Part shown: one piece after another, positions 1-9,431 of the stretch
Layout of the letters: the number at the start of each line of letters is the position of its first letter
Position numbering within the stretch: position 1 is the stretch's first letter
From: an uncultured Flavobacteriales bacterium
GTDB taxonomy: Bacteria; Bacteroidota; Bacteroidia; CAIKAF01
Reading direction: 5' to 3'
Assembly (NCBI GenBank): GCA_903825395.1
Contig: CAIKAF010000021.1
Span: forward strand, 25,927-89,926
DNA: 64,000 nucleotides
The notes under the pieces: generated by a model
Told to the model about the DNA's origin: nothing
Database searches by the model: none
The model's input: only the letters and a program-made list of their open reading frames with translations
Program-made: the position numbers and the translations under genes

Positions 1-2
1 TC

Positions 3-629
3 ATACGATATTTAGATCAGAAATATGCATTAAACAGCCGTGGATTGGAATTGTCGTTATTTGCAGATGCCGGAGTTCCAAATGCATTGAACAGCCAAGT
101 TTCTTATTTGCGGTTCCTAATTAGCCTACGGAATGAAATTAATTTCGGATTGTTTGGTAAAAGCACGTTTTTAGTGCGTTCCGGATGGATGGCATTTGCC
201 AATGCGCTAACGTATCTTGATTTCACTCATTTTTTGGGCGATCAGACCTATTTTTTAGGAAACGCCCGAGAACGTGTTTCCCTTGATCAATTTCGAGCCC
301 TAGGTTACTACAAATATTCTACAAGAGGTTCTTATGTAGAGGGGCATTGGCAGCATGATTTCGAGCATACAGCGTTAAAAGAAATCCCCGTTTTACGTTC
401 ACTACGTTGGAATTACCTTGTTGGCGCCAACCTGCTCATGATGGCCGATGCCACCTTTACTCCCTATACTGAGGTGTTTTTTGGTGTAGATCGGCTATTG
501 GCAGCCGTACGGCCGCTGGAAATGTTTAACCTTCGTTTCGACATAGCCATGCAAGTCAATGAAACTGGTTTTCAGCCTCCCGTACTGCTGCTTGGCATTG
601 GCTCTAATTTTCATAAAGTACCCAAATAA
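3..629 (+). CDS. C-terminal part of an outer-membrane beta-barrel protein (DUF5686-like), truncated by the window start
   Basis: The frame is open from the window start to the stop at 629. It has amphipathic beta-strands and a 'FRALGYYKYST..YVEGHWQHDF...YTEVFFG' pattern resembling Bacteroidota DUF5686 C-termini. Confidence 0.55.
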   Translation: MRYLDQKYALNSRGLELSLFADAGVPNALNSQVSYLRFLISLRNEINFGLFGKSTFLVRSGWMAFANALTYLDFTHFLGDQTYFLGNARERVSLDQFRALGYYKYSTRGSYVEGHWQHDFEHTALKEIPVLRSLRWNYLVGANLLMMADATFTPYTEVFFGVDRLLAAVRPLEMFNLRFDIAMQVNETGFQPPVLLLGIGSNFHKVPK

Positions 630-640
630 AATGTGGATGG

Positions 641-781
641 TGGCGGCTGCGGGCTTTCTCGGGTAGTACGCATCAGCAATGAGCTGGCCCAGCGGGTTTA
701 CGGTGGCTCCTAAAGTCGCCTCCGCACCTCGCGGGCCAGGTCATTGCTGCTTTGCGCGCTACCCTGATCAATCCCTGCCGC
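641..781 (+). repeat. Constant-length hairpin element, copy 1
   Basis: GGCGGC..CGGGCTTTC..GGGTAG...GC-TCCTAAAGTC-GC...CTACCC..TCAATCCCTGCCGC. The arms pair, e.g. CAGCAATGA/TCATTGCTG and CTGGCCC/GGGCCAG. Confidence 0.9.
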
Positions 782-914
782 AGGCGGCGTTTAAACTTAT
801 GTTGGAACTAAAATCCTACAATGGGTGAATTTTGCTTTTTGGAATGTGGGGTGTGGGGTTAGGATCGGGAATAGGCATTTCTTTAAGACATGGTGTTAGG
901 GTTGAACGTTTTAA

Positions 915-959
915 GGGGGTAGGGGGATTTTGGGTTTGGGGGGCGTTTAAGGGGTTGGG
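915..959 (+). other. G-quadruplex-type motif (six G>=3 tracts)
   Basis: GGGGG-TA-GGGGG-ATTTT-GGG-TTT-GGGGGG-CGTTTAA-GGGG-TT-GGG. Confidence 0.55.
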
Positions 960-1024
960 ATTCCCTTTTTTGGGTTTGATGAGATACAATAGCGGTTTCC
1001 TGAAGGCTACGGTTCAGCTTTACC

Positions 1025-1352
1025 CAAAAAAGGTTGCTGAGCGCCCTTCGGGTCGCCGAATGTTTTTTACCATTTAAAGGAATCCTGAAATTCGATTTAT
1101 CCTCCTTTCTTTCCTCCCCTCCTGAAAAGGATGAATTTGCCAGTTCATCCAGTCTCATTCCCATGCTCCCGCTTCCTGCACCAGCAAAGTTGCCTTTGCA
1201 TGATTCAGAAAGCTTTTCTGAGACTCCCCAAGGCGAACTTGATACCGCTTTTCAGCGTCACCAAATTCCCGTAGTTCACTCCAAAAAGTTCCCTAACTGT
1301 TCTTCGCCACCCCAATACGTGACGAATCTATCCTTTTTAACGTTTCATCGAT
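1025..1352 (-). ncRNA. Candidate structured small RNA of unknown family
   Basis: Upstream TTG-20nt-TAAATTTG promoter. Six hairpins, several with GNRA loops and G-U pairs that work only on the minus strand. No credible ORF. Ends in a hairpin followed by a U-run. Confidence 0.55.
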
Positions 1353-1358
1353 GAACTT

Positions 1359-1389
1359 CAAATTTACGCGAGGATTTTCAAAGTTTCAA
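1359..1389 (-). promoter_or_regulatory. Bacteroidota sigma70 promoter (-33 TTG / -7 TAAATTTG)
   Basis: Minus-strand TAAATTTG at 1366-1359 and TTG at 1389-1387, with a 20-nt spacer. Confidence 0.6.
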
Positions 1390-1641
1390 GGGGAAATGGC
1401 ATTTTGGTGCAATTTTTTATTTGAACAATTAGAAAAAACTAAAATTCTACTCTATGTAAGTCATGCCTTTTAAGGCTTTATAGCTCAAACATAGAATAGA
1501 ACAAAAGTTTTGGCAATGATTAATCCTACCCGAAACCTTTTATTATTTGGCTCCAAATGATAACATAGCTTTCAATCGATAAAAACGGGCGACTTCAAAC
1601 CCAGAATAGGATTTCCCCCACAGTTCATTTAAAAAATGACC

Positions 1642-2373
1642 TTAGAAATTCGGTTTTAACGTGTATTTGCTGTAAAAATCTGTAATGATTTTCACCGCCT
1701 CGTCAGCTGAATCGGCCAATTGAAATAAATTCAAATCCTGTGGGCTTATGTTGCCTTCTGCTTCCAATAAAGATTTTTTAATCCAATCGATTAAGCCAGA
1801 CCAATACTCTGAACCCATTAAAACGATAGGGAATTTACCAATCTTAAAGGTCTGTATCAATGTTAACGATTCAAACAATTCATCCAGGGTTCCAAAGCCT
1901 CCGGGTAATACGATAAAACCTTGTGAGTATTTGACAAACATCACTTTACGGACGAAGAAATAATCAAAATTCAAGTTTTTATCGCTATCAATGTATGGAT
2001 TTGGCTCTTGTTCGAAAGGCAATTCAATGTTTAAACCAACAGATTTACCGCCTCCCTCACGGGCACCTTTATTGGCAGCCTCCATAATTCCAGGGCCGCC
2101 TCCAGAGATGATTCCAAATCCTTGTTGAGTTAATTTATGTGCCACTTCAGAAGCCAAAGCATAGTATTTGTTGTCAGTTTTTGTTCTGGCAGATCCAAAA
2201 ATGGAAACACAAGGGCCAATTTTGCTCATTTTTTCAAAGCCCTCAACAAACTCACCCATTATTTTAAACAAGGCCCAAGAGTCGTTGGTGCGAATTTCTG
2301 TCCAATCTTTTTCCTTAAAGGCATCCTTAATTTTGTCTTCGCCATTCATGGCGTATTCTTCTTTATCAATCAT
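1642..2373 (-). CDS. LOG family (TIGR00730-type) Rossmann-fold nucleotide phosphoribohydrolase
   Basis: Motifs FGSAR, GGGPGIMEAAN and PGGFGTLDELFE. Confidence 0.9.
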   Translation of the reverse strand: MIDKEEYAMNGEDKIKDAFKEKDWTEIRTNDSWALFKIMGEFVEGFEKMSKIGPCVSIFGSARTKTDNKYYALASEVAHKLTQQGFGIISGGGPGIMEAANKGAREGGGKSVGLNIELPFEQEPNPYIDSDKNLNFDYFFVRKVMFVKYSQGFIVLPGGFGTLDELFESLTLIQTFKIGKFPIVLMGSEYWSGLIDWIKKSLLEAEGNISPQDLNLFQLADSADEAVKIITDFYSKYTLKPNF

Positions 2374-2396
2374 ATTACGTTATTAGAGGCGAAAGA

Positions 2397-5213
2397 TCAC
2401 AATTCTTTTGCTAAAAAGCGAGCCGTATGGTTGTCGTGTAAGGAAACGAAATCTTCCGGCAGACCTTGAAATAGCACTTGGCCTCCTTGGTTACCGCCTT
2501 CCGGACCTAAATCAATCAAATAATCAGCAGACTTAATCACATCCATGTTGTGTTCAATAACCACGACGGAATTGCCCTTTTCCACCAATTTATTTAACAC
2601 ATTTAGTAGCAGACGTACATCTTCAAAATGCAATCCAGTAGTGGGTTCATCTAAAATATACATGGTGTTGCCTGTTCCGGGGCGTTGCAATTCGGTAGCC
2701 AATTTTACACGTTGAGCTTCACCGCCAGATAAGGTGGTGGAGCGTTGTCCTAGTGTTAGGTATCCAAGACCGATTTCATTCAAAACGGAAATTTTTTTAT
2801 AAATGGATGGTATGTGTTCAAAAAACGTCACGGCTGTTTCTAAATTCATATCCAAAACATCTGAAATGGAGGCCCCTTTATACCTCACTTCCAATGTCTC
2901 TGAATTGTAGCGCTTACCTTGACAGGTTGGACACATTACTTCCACGTCTGGAAGGAAATTCATTTCAATGACCTCAACACCTCCACCACCACAGGTTTCG
3001 CATCGGCCTCCTTTCACATTGAAGGAAAAGCGACCTGCTGAATAGCCTCTAATTTTAGATTCTGGAAGCAAAGCAAACAAGGAGCGTATATCATTAAAAA
3101 CTCCGGTATACGTAGCTGGGTTGCTTCTCGGGGTTCTACCAATGGGAGATTGATCTACCCGTATTACCTTATCTAAATTTGAAATACCTTTAAATGAATC
3201 GTAGCGTAGGTTCGGCAATTCAGCCCGATTTAGGGTGTTGGCCAACACGGGATACATGGTTTCATTGATCAACGTTGATTTGCCACTTCCTGAAACTCCC
3301 GTAATACATACAAAGCAGCCCAATGGAATAGAAACATTAACGGACTTCAGATTATTTCCACTCGCTCCCAAAATACGCAATTGTTTCCCATTGCCTTTCC
3401 GGCGGATGGTTGGAGTTGCTAAGGATAGTTTCCCTTTTAAATACTGGGCAGTAATGGAATCTAATTTCATCATTTCTTTTGGAGGACCAGATGCAACAAT
3501 GGTTCCTCCATGAACTCCAGCACCAGGCCCTACATCAATTAGGAAGTCTGATTCCAGCATGATGTCCTTATCGTGCTCAACAACCAAAATCGAGTTTCCT
3601 GTATCTCTAAGGCTTTTCAATGCCTTTATTAGCCTATGATTGTCGCGTTGGTGAAGACCTATAGACGGTTCGTCAAGAATATATAACACTCCAACTAATT
3701 TTGAACCAATTTGGGTCGCAAGGCGAATACGTTGAGCCTCGCCTCCAGATAGAGTTCTTGCTCCTCGATTTAAAGTCAAATATCCCAAGCCAACTTCCAA
3801 TAAAAACGATATCCGGTGTTTTAACTCCTTAATCACTTCTGCAGCTACAGCAAGTTGTTTTTTAGACAAATGAGCAGGTAAATCTTCAATGAATTCATCC
3901 AACTCTACAATACTAAGTTTACTTACATCAATGATAGAACTTGAATTTAGGACAAAATGTCTAGCTTCAGGTTTCAATCGACTACCCTGGCAAGCCGAGC
4001 ATTCTTTAAATTCCATAAACCCTTTTGCCCAACGGTTTAATCGACTGCTGTGGTCATTTTCGGCCTGCTCAACAATAAACGGAGCAATCCCATCGAACCG
4101 AAAACTGCCAGTAACCCCAGAAATTGGGCTTTTAAATTTCAGCGGTTCAGGATGACCATTTAATATGGTTGCTCGAATTTCTTCTGGTAAATCCCCAATG
4201 GCATCATCCAACGAAAAGCCAAGAGCCCATCCCGCTTGTTCCAACTGCTTAAACATCCAACCTTGTTTTTGAGCACCCAATGGGGCAATCCCCCCCTTTT
4301 TAATAGATAGATTTGGATTGGGGAATATTTTGTCTTCGGCAACGACATTGACCTGCCCAATTCCGTTGCAAGTGGAACAGGCTCCGTATGGGCTATTGAA
4401 TGAAAACAAATTTGGTGCAGGCTCATCAAATGAAATGCCAGAGGTAGGACACATCAAATTTTTTGAAAAGAAAACGGGAGTAGAACTGTCTTTTAAAAGA
4501 ACCATTACGCTCCCCTTACCTAATTTCAATGCTACATCTAAAGACCGATCTAGCCGTTTTGTTTTTTCTGCCTCCACCAGAAGTGAATCCACTGCAATTT
4601 CAATATCGTGGACCTTATACCGATCTACCTTGAGTCCATGGGTAATTTCTTTGAATTCTCCGTCAATACGAACTTTTAGAAAGCCAAGCTTTGCACATCG
4701 TTCAAAAAGCTCTCTATAGTGACCTTTTCTACCCTTTACCAATGGAGCTAATATTTGTATGGATTGCCCTTGGAACTGATTTAGAATTGCATCCAGCATT
4801 TGCTTTTGGCTGTATCGAACCATAGGTTCTCCGGTCACAGGCGATAAAGCAATGGAAGCCCGGGCATATAAAACCCTCAAAAAATCATAGATCTCAGTGA
4901 TAGTACCTACGGTAGAGCGGGGATTTTTATTGGTGGTTTTTTGCTCAATGGCTACCACAGGGCTCAACCCATGTATCCGATCTACATCTGGCCGCTCAAG
5001 ATTCCCTAAAAATTGACGTACATAGGCCGAGAAACTCTCTAAATACCGTCTTTGACCTTCGGCATAGATCGTATCAAATGCCAACGAAGATTTCCCCGAA
5101 CCCGATAAACCAGTAATTACAACGAGTGAATTACGTGGGAATTCAACATCAATGTTTTTCAAATTATGCTCACGGGCACCTTCAACCCTAAGGGTAGATT
5201 TTCTTTTATCCAT
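2397..5213 (-). CDS. uvrA: Excinuclease ABC subunit A
   Basis: Two ABC ATPase domains ([26 protein letters not shown] twice) and CxxC zinc fingers. Confidence 0.98.
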   Translation of the reverse strand: MDKRKSTLRVEGAREHNLKNIDVEFPRNSLVVITGLSGSGKSSLAFDTIYAEGQRRYLESFSAYVRQFLGNLERPDVDRIHGLSPVVAIEQKTTNKNPRSTVGTITEIYDFLRVLYARASIALSPVTGEPMVRYSQKQMLDAILNQFQGQSIQILAPLVKGRKGHYRELFERCAKLGFLKVRIDGEFKEITHGLKVDRYKVHDIEIAVDSLLVEAEKTKRLDRSLDVALKLGKGSVMVLLKDSSTPVFFSKNLMCPTSGISFDEPAPNLFSFNSPYGACSTCNGIGQVNVVAEDKIFPNPNLSIKKGGIAPLGAQKQGWMFKQLEQAGWALGFSLDDAIGDLPEEIRATILNGHPEPLKFKSPISGVTGSFRFDGIAPFIVEQAENDHSSRLNRWAKGFMEFKECSACQGSRLKPEARHFVLNSSSIIDVSKLSIVELDEFIEDLPAHLSKKQLAVAAEVIKELKHRISFLLEVGLGYLTLNRGARTLSGGEAQRIRLATQIGSKLVGVLYILDEPSIGLHQRDNHRLIKALKSLRDTGNSILVVEHDKDIMLESDFLIDVGPGAGVHGGTIVASGPPKEMMKLDSITAQYLKGKLSLATPTIRRKGNGKQLRILGASGNNLKSVNVSIPLGCFVCITGVSGSGKSTLINETMYPVLANTLNRAELPNLRYDSFKGISNLDKVIRVDQSPIGRTPRSNPATYTGVFNDIRSLFALLPESKIRGYSAGRFSFNVKGGRCETCGGGGVEVIEMNFLPDVEVMCPTCQGKRYNSETLEVRYKGASISDVLDMNLETAVTFFEHIPSIYKKISVLNEIGLGYLTLGQRSTTLSGGEAQRVKLATELQRPGTGNTMYILDEPTTGLHFEDVRLLLNVLNKLVEKGNSVVVIEHNMDVIKSADYLIDLGPEGGNQGGQVLFQGLPEDFVSLHDNHTARFLAKEL

Positions 5214-5261
5214 GCTTGAAAAACCCTAATTTGTAGAAAATGTTCAGGGGTTAATTTGGGT

Positions 5262-6365
5262 TTATTTTTGGCTGTCAGTAAACTCTGTTACTTTATTGCC
5301 CTTTTTAATGGTCAAGCTATAAATGCTAAAACTCATGCTTAAGATGATACCCAAAATCAACATGAAATAATAGACGTTTAGTTTGCTAAAGGTAAAAAGT
5401 ACCACGACTCCTGTTCCTGAGCATATTATAGAAATAGCAGAAAACACAATGGCCGTTTGGCGCTCACTAAACCCTTTATATACCATATGGTGGGTGGTAT
5501 GGTCTCGGCCACCAATAAATGGTGATTTCCCGGAAATCAATCTATTAATAGTAACAGTAGCCGTATCCGTTATTGGGATAAAGAAAAACAGATAAATAAG
5601 CAGAAAAGCCCAATGTATATTACCAATAAATAAACCCGAACTTAAGCCGGTTGAATTTCCATTCCAAATTAACGGAATGCTTAACCCTCCAATAAACACC
5701 CCGAGAAACATGCTTCCCGTATCGCCCATAAACATCTTAGATGGAGACCAATTATAAAATAAAAATGCCAATAAGGCGGCACTTTCTCCGGCAATCAAAG
5801 GAAAATAAAGAGCATTGCTATTAGGCAAAGACCGAACAGCCATAATTCCGGCCAACCCCAAAAGGATAACAAAGGAAACTGAACTGGTAATGCCATCCAT
5901 GTTATCCAACATGTTCAAAGAATTCATTATGCCCACAATCCACAAAACGGTAAGGGCAGAATCAAGTATGGAATGGTCAAAAAGGTGAATCTTCAAACCA
6001 GATGAGGTCAAAATCAATCCACAAAGAAATTGACCAGCAAATTTGAGCCATGGCTTTGTATTGTACGCATCATCAGCCAATCCAATAAGAAAACCCAGCG
6101 TTACGGCTCCAGCAAGACCTAACACCTCAGGTTTTACTACATCATCCGGATACATTAGCATTGAAAAAACCAAGGAGGTCAAGAAAACAATGAAAAATCC
6201 AATTCCTCCAACCGAAGGCTTTACTGTTGTTGACCAACGAATCAGGTTTCCTTGATTTCGATTGCCCAAATTCGATGAAAATTTCAACAACAAAGCATAA
6301 ATCAATAAAGCCAAGCTGCCACTAAAAACAACGAAAAGGCTATATACTACTTCCGGTTTAAACAC
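5262..6365 (-). CDS. Undecaprenyl-phosphate HexNAc-1-phosphate transferase (WecA/TagO, MraY-like)
   Basis: Multi-TM protein with GLADD, NMLDNMDG, FMGDTGS and DHTTHH motifs. Confidence 0.88.
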   Translation of the reverse strand: MFKPEVVYSLFVVFSGSLALLIYALLLKFSSNLGNRNQGNLIRWSTTVKPSVGGIGFFIVFLTSLVFSMLMYPDDVVKPEVLGLAGAVTLGFLIGLADDAYNTKPWLKFAGQFLCGLILTSSGLKIHLFDHSILDSALTVLWIVGIMNSLNMLDNMDGITSSVSFVILLGLAGIMAVRSLPNSNALYFPLIAGESAALLAFLFYNWSPSKMFMGDTGSMFLGVFIGGLSIPLIWNGNSTGLSSGLFIGNIHWAFLLIYLFFFIPITDTATVTINRLISGKSPFIGGRDHTTHHMVYKGFSERQTAIVFSAISIICSGTGVVVLFTFSKLNVYYFMLILGIILSMSFSIYSLTIKKGNKVTEFTDSQK

Positions 6366-6373
6366 GCTACAAA

Positions 6374-6919
6374 TTAATTGAAGGGAGTTTGAAAATCAGA
6401 AAAAAGCCCAGCTCGCTTATCCTTTTCTGAAAGAATAGGATTTTGAATATCCCATTGTATGTTAAACGTAGGGTCATTCCATGCCAAACCATCCTCGGCA
6501 TCTTTACAATAAAAATTGCTGCATTTATAAGAAAAAAGAGTAGGGGTTTCTAAGGCCAGAAAACCATGCGCAAATCCCTCGGGAATAAATAGCATTTCTC
6601 TTTTTTTATCGTCCAAAAGGAAACTTCTATGATGACCATAGGTAGGAGAAGAGCGACGGATATCCACAACCACATCTAAGGCAGCACCCCGAATCACGCG
6701 AACCAATTTAGCTTGAGCATGAGGCGGATGTTGAAAATGCAATCCCCTTAAAACGCCCTTTTCTGATTGAGACTCGTTGTCTTGAACAAAATCAACATCC
6801 AAATTCAATCGATTGAATACAGAACGATTAAAACTCTCCATAAAATATCCCCGATCGTCTTCAAAAACTCTTGGACGGAGCAAAATTAAGCCACCAATGC
6901 CGGTTTCAATCTTTTCCAT
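6374..6919 (-). CDS. rfbC: dTDP-4-dehydrorhamnose 3,5-epimerase
   Basis: Motifs DDRGYFMESF, FVQDNES, VLRGLHFQ and PEGFAHGF. Confidence 0.95.
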   Translation of the reverse strand: MEKIETGIGGLILLRPRVFEDDRGYFMESFNRSVFNRLNLDVDFVQDNESQSEKGVLRGLHFQHPPHAQAKLVRVIRGAALDVVVDIRRSSPTYGHHRSFLLDDKKREMLFIPEGFAHGFLALETPTLFSYKCSNFYCKDAEDGLAWNDPTFNIQWDIQNPILSEKDKRAGLFSDFQTPFN

Positions 6920-6926
6920 AGTTGGG

Positions 6927-9428
6927 TTAATCGTTTCTTCCAGACCGCTTTTTACTTGGAAATAACCTTCGACTTAAACCAGACCAACTCATTGGATTTT
7001 TTCTTGCCCTACGACGGCGAATTTCCTCTTCATTGTCGTCACTTGTGTACCCATATCCATATCCATAACCATACCCGTAACCATATCCATATCCGTATCC
7101 ATAACCGTAGGCATATCCATAACCATAGCCATATCCATAACCACTTCCTTTGCGTCTAAACGGCGGCAAACCATTAATGACATAACTGATTTTCTGAATT
7201 TGGTTGGTGTCGTGGAGCCGTTCTAAGTTATTAATAAAGAACTTTCTAGAATAAGAGGCCCTAAACACATAAATAGGGTAATCTGCACGCCGCAAAACAA
7301 ATACACCATCCGTTACAATTCCTACCGGTGGATTATCCACCACTACAAAATCATAGGTTTTTTGCAATTCATCCAACATGTCATCCATTCGATGGCCCAT
7401 AATCAATTCGGAAGGGTTTGGAGGAATCGGCCCAGCTGTAATGTAATCCAGGTTTTCAATTTCTGAGGTTTGGACGCAATCCTCAAAGGTGTCTCGACCA
7501 ATTAAGATGGTGCTTAAACCTTTTTTGTTGGGGGAATTGAATCCTAAGTGAATTTTAGGCTTACGCATGTCACCGTCAATAACCACGACGCGCTTGCCAG
7601 CTAAGGCAAGTATCCCTGCAATATTTAAGGCGATAAACGTTTTACCCTCCCCCGAAATCGTACTGGTAACAGCTATTAATTTACTTCCAGGGTCAGAATT
7701 GATGAAATCCAAATTGGCCCGAATATTCCTGAAGGCCTCTGCAATGGTTGATTTTGGTTTTTTATCGACAATTAACTGGGAAATGGGGAGTCCAATCTTA
7801 TATTGAAATACAATACCTAAAAATGGCACTGAAGTGTGCTTGCTAACATCAGCAATTGATAAAATTTGATTAAACAAAAGATATCTGACAACGACAATCA
7901 AAAAACTAATTATAAACCAACCAACAAAGCTTCCTCCAACAACCAATTTCTTATTTGGAGATACGGGCGTATCGTTCGGTCGGCTATACCTTAAAACCCT
8001 GTAATCGGGAGTGTAACCTTCTCTTGCCAATGAAAACTCAGCTTTCTGTTGAATTAATTCGTCGTAATACTTCTCATTAACTTCATACACACGCTCCAAA
8101 CGCGCCAATTCAATTTGGTCAGCAATACTCTTTTCAATAAAAAGTTTGCTTTCAAGATCCTTGATTCGCTGTTCGTTTTCTTTGGTTTTAAAATCTAAAC
8201 TCTCCAATTGATATTCAACAGCCTTGGCCATCCGATTTCGAATCACATCAATATGAAAATCCAATCGCTTTATCTGATTGCTAGATTCTTGGAAATTGTA
8301 TTGCATAAGCTCGCGCTGAAGCAACATATTTTGAATTTGTTGAACCAATGATGCAACACCAGGACTATTTTGAACCTGGCTTGCTAAAATGATTGCTTCT
8401 CCAACCGGTGTGCTTTTATCTAAAATCTTCTGATATACCGTTCTTGTAACTTGAAGGGTAAGTTTTAATTCTTCAATTTGTTTCTGCAATTCAAGCAATT
8501 TCCCAAAATCTCCGGCAGTAGTTAATTCAGTCGTTGGACCATCAAGACCATATTTTCGCTGATACGATTTTAAGCTTGAATCTGCTTCCTCCAACTTATC
8601 CTTGATTAAACCAAGCGTCTCATCAATATAAGTGAGCATTTTATTGGCGCTTTCTTGTTTTGAATCGATATAGAAACTCTCATAGGCCATCGCCACGGCA
8701 TTAACCATATCGGATGCTCTAAACGAGTTTACATCGGTGTACGCAATTTTAATGGTTTTGGCTTCCTCATTTTCAATTTCAATCTCAAGTCCAGGCAAAT
8801 ATTTGCCATTCAACGATTCAGGATCATTTATAACAAAGTAGTGGAAATCGTTGGTCTCGTAATAGAAATCTGGGGCCCGCCATACAACTGTCAATTCAAA
8901 ATATCCAAACTTTCTGGGCGTATTTAAAGATATAGTTTCCGTTTCCTTTGTCTCATCAATTTCAAATCGAACAGTAACCGTTCTGTCTTCATTAAAATCA
9001 ACATGGATTGGAACTCCAAAAATCAATGGATTAACCTTTTCAATTTTTATGTAGTATGGCGCCTTATTGTAATTATCCGAAGACATTATAGCTCCTTTTC
9101 GATAATACGTCACATCCAAGGGGAGTGTATCGATAACCCGTTGCAAAAACACTGGAGACCTAAGCAATTCAAGTTCTCTGGCTAAATTAAGATCAAAAAA
9201 ACTACCCTGATTCAAGTAGTCTTTCTTATCCTCATCCGCTTTGGTAAGCTGAATTACGCTAAAGGTCTCAAACGTAGGAGTCGTATACCTCAAAAATAAA
9301 AATGCAGCCGCAGCAGAAATAACACCAAGCAGCAAAATAATCCAAAGGGAACGTCGGAATATCATTCCCAGCAATGCTGGGTCTAAATCTTGGTTTATGG
9401 CGGTAACCGGCCTACGTTCGTCGCTCAT
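6927..9428 (-). CDS. wzc: Polysaccharide co-polymerase / BY-kinase (Wzc)
   Basis: Two TM segments flank a coiled-coil periplasmic region. EAFRNIRAN, Walker A GEGKT, DGDMRKP and a C-terminal Tyr cluster are present. Confidence 0.92.
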   Translation of the reverse strand: MSDERRPVTAINQDLDPALLGMIFRRSLWIILLLGVISAAAAFLFLRYTTPTFETFSVIQLTKADEDKKDYLNQGSFFDLNLARELELLRSPVFLQRVIDTLPLDVTYYRKGAIMSSDNYNKAPYYIKIEKVNPLIFGVPIHVDFNEDRTVTVRFEIDETKETETISLNTPRKFGYFELTVVWRAPDFYYETNDFHYFVINDPESLNGKYLPGLEIEIENEEAKTIKIAYTDVNSFRASDMVNAVAMAYESFYIDSKQESANKMLTYIDETLGLIKDKLEEADSSLKSYQRKYGLDGPTTELTTAGDFGKLLELQKQIEELKLTLQVTRTVYQKILDKSTPVGEAIILASQVQNSPGVASLVQQIQNMLLQRELMQYNFQESSNQIKRLDFHIDVIRNRMAKAVEYQLESLDFKTKENEQRIKDLESKLFIEKSIADQIELARLERVYEVNEKYYDELIQQKAEFSLAREGYTPDYRVLRYSRPNDTPVSPNKKLVVGGSFVGWFIISFLIVVVRYLLFNQILSIADVSKHTSVPFLGIVFQYKIGLPISQLIVDKKPKSTIAEAFRNIRANLDFINSDPGSKLIAVTSTISGEGKTFIALNIAGILALAGKRVVVIDGDMRKPKIHLGFNSPNKKGLSTILIGRDTFEDCVQTSEIENLDYITAGPIPPNPSELIMGHRMDDMLDELQKTYDFVVVDNPPVGIVTDGVFVLRRADYPIYVFRASYSRKFFINNLERLHDTNQIQKISYVINGLPPFRRKGSGYGYGYGYGYAYGYGYGYGYGYGYGYGYGYGYTSDDNEEEIRRRRARKNPMSWSGLSRRLFPSKKRSGRND
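7047..7142 (-). repeat. (Gly-Tyr)16 coding dipeptide repeat in the Wzc tail
   Basis: 16 Tyr codons alternate with 15 Gly and 1 Ala; synonymous codons are mixed. Confidence 0.95.
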
Positions 9429-9431
9429 GAG

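Noticed and set aside
1090..1300. Possible RNase P RNA, tmRNA or cobalamin riboswitch
   Set aside because: GAGGAAAG is not followed by UCC, there are no tRNA-like ends, and GGGAA..GGTG lacks the rest of the B12 element.
832..1354. Short ORFs 832-1077, 883-1164 and 1034-1354
   Set aside because: They are low-complexity translations of G-rich or structured DNA with no motifs. The region is better explained as non-coding.
1380..1640. AT-rich stretch as a possible replication origin
   Set aside because: No clear cluster of TTATCCACA DnaA boxes; it is consistent with the upstream region of the candidate sRNA promoter.
6956..7183. His-Ile and Met-Asp repeat ORFs
   Set aside because: They are alternative-frame shadows of the (GY)n repeat in wzc.
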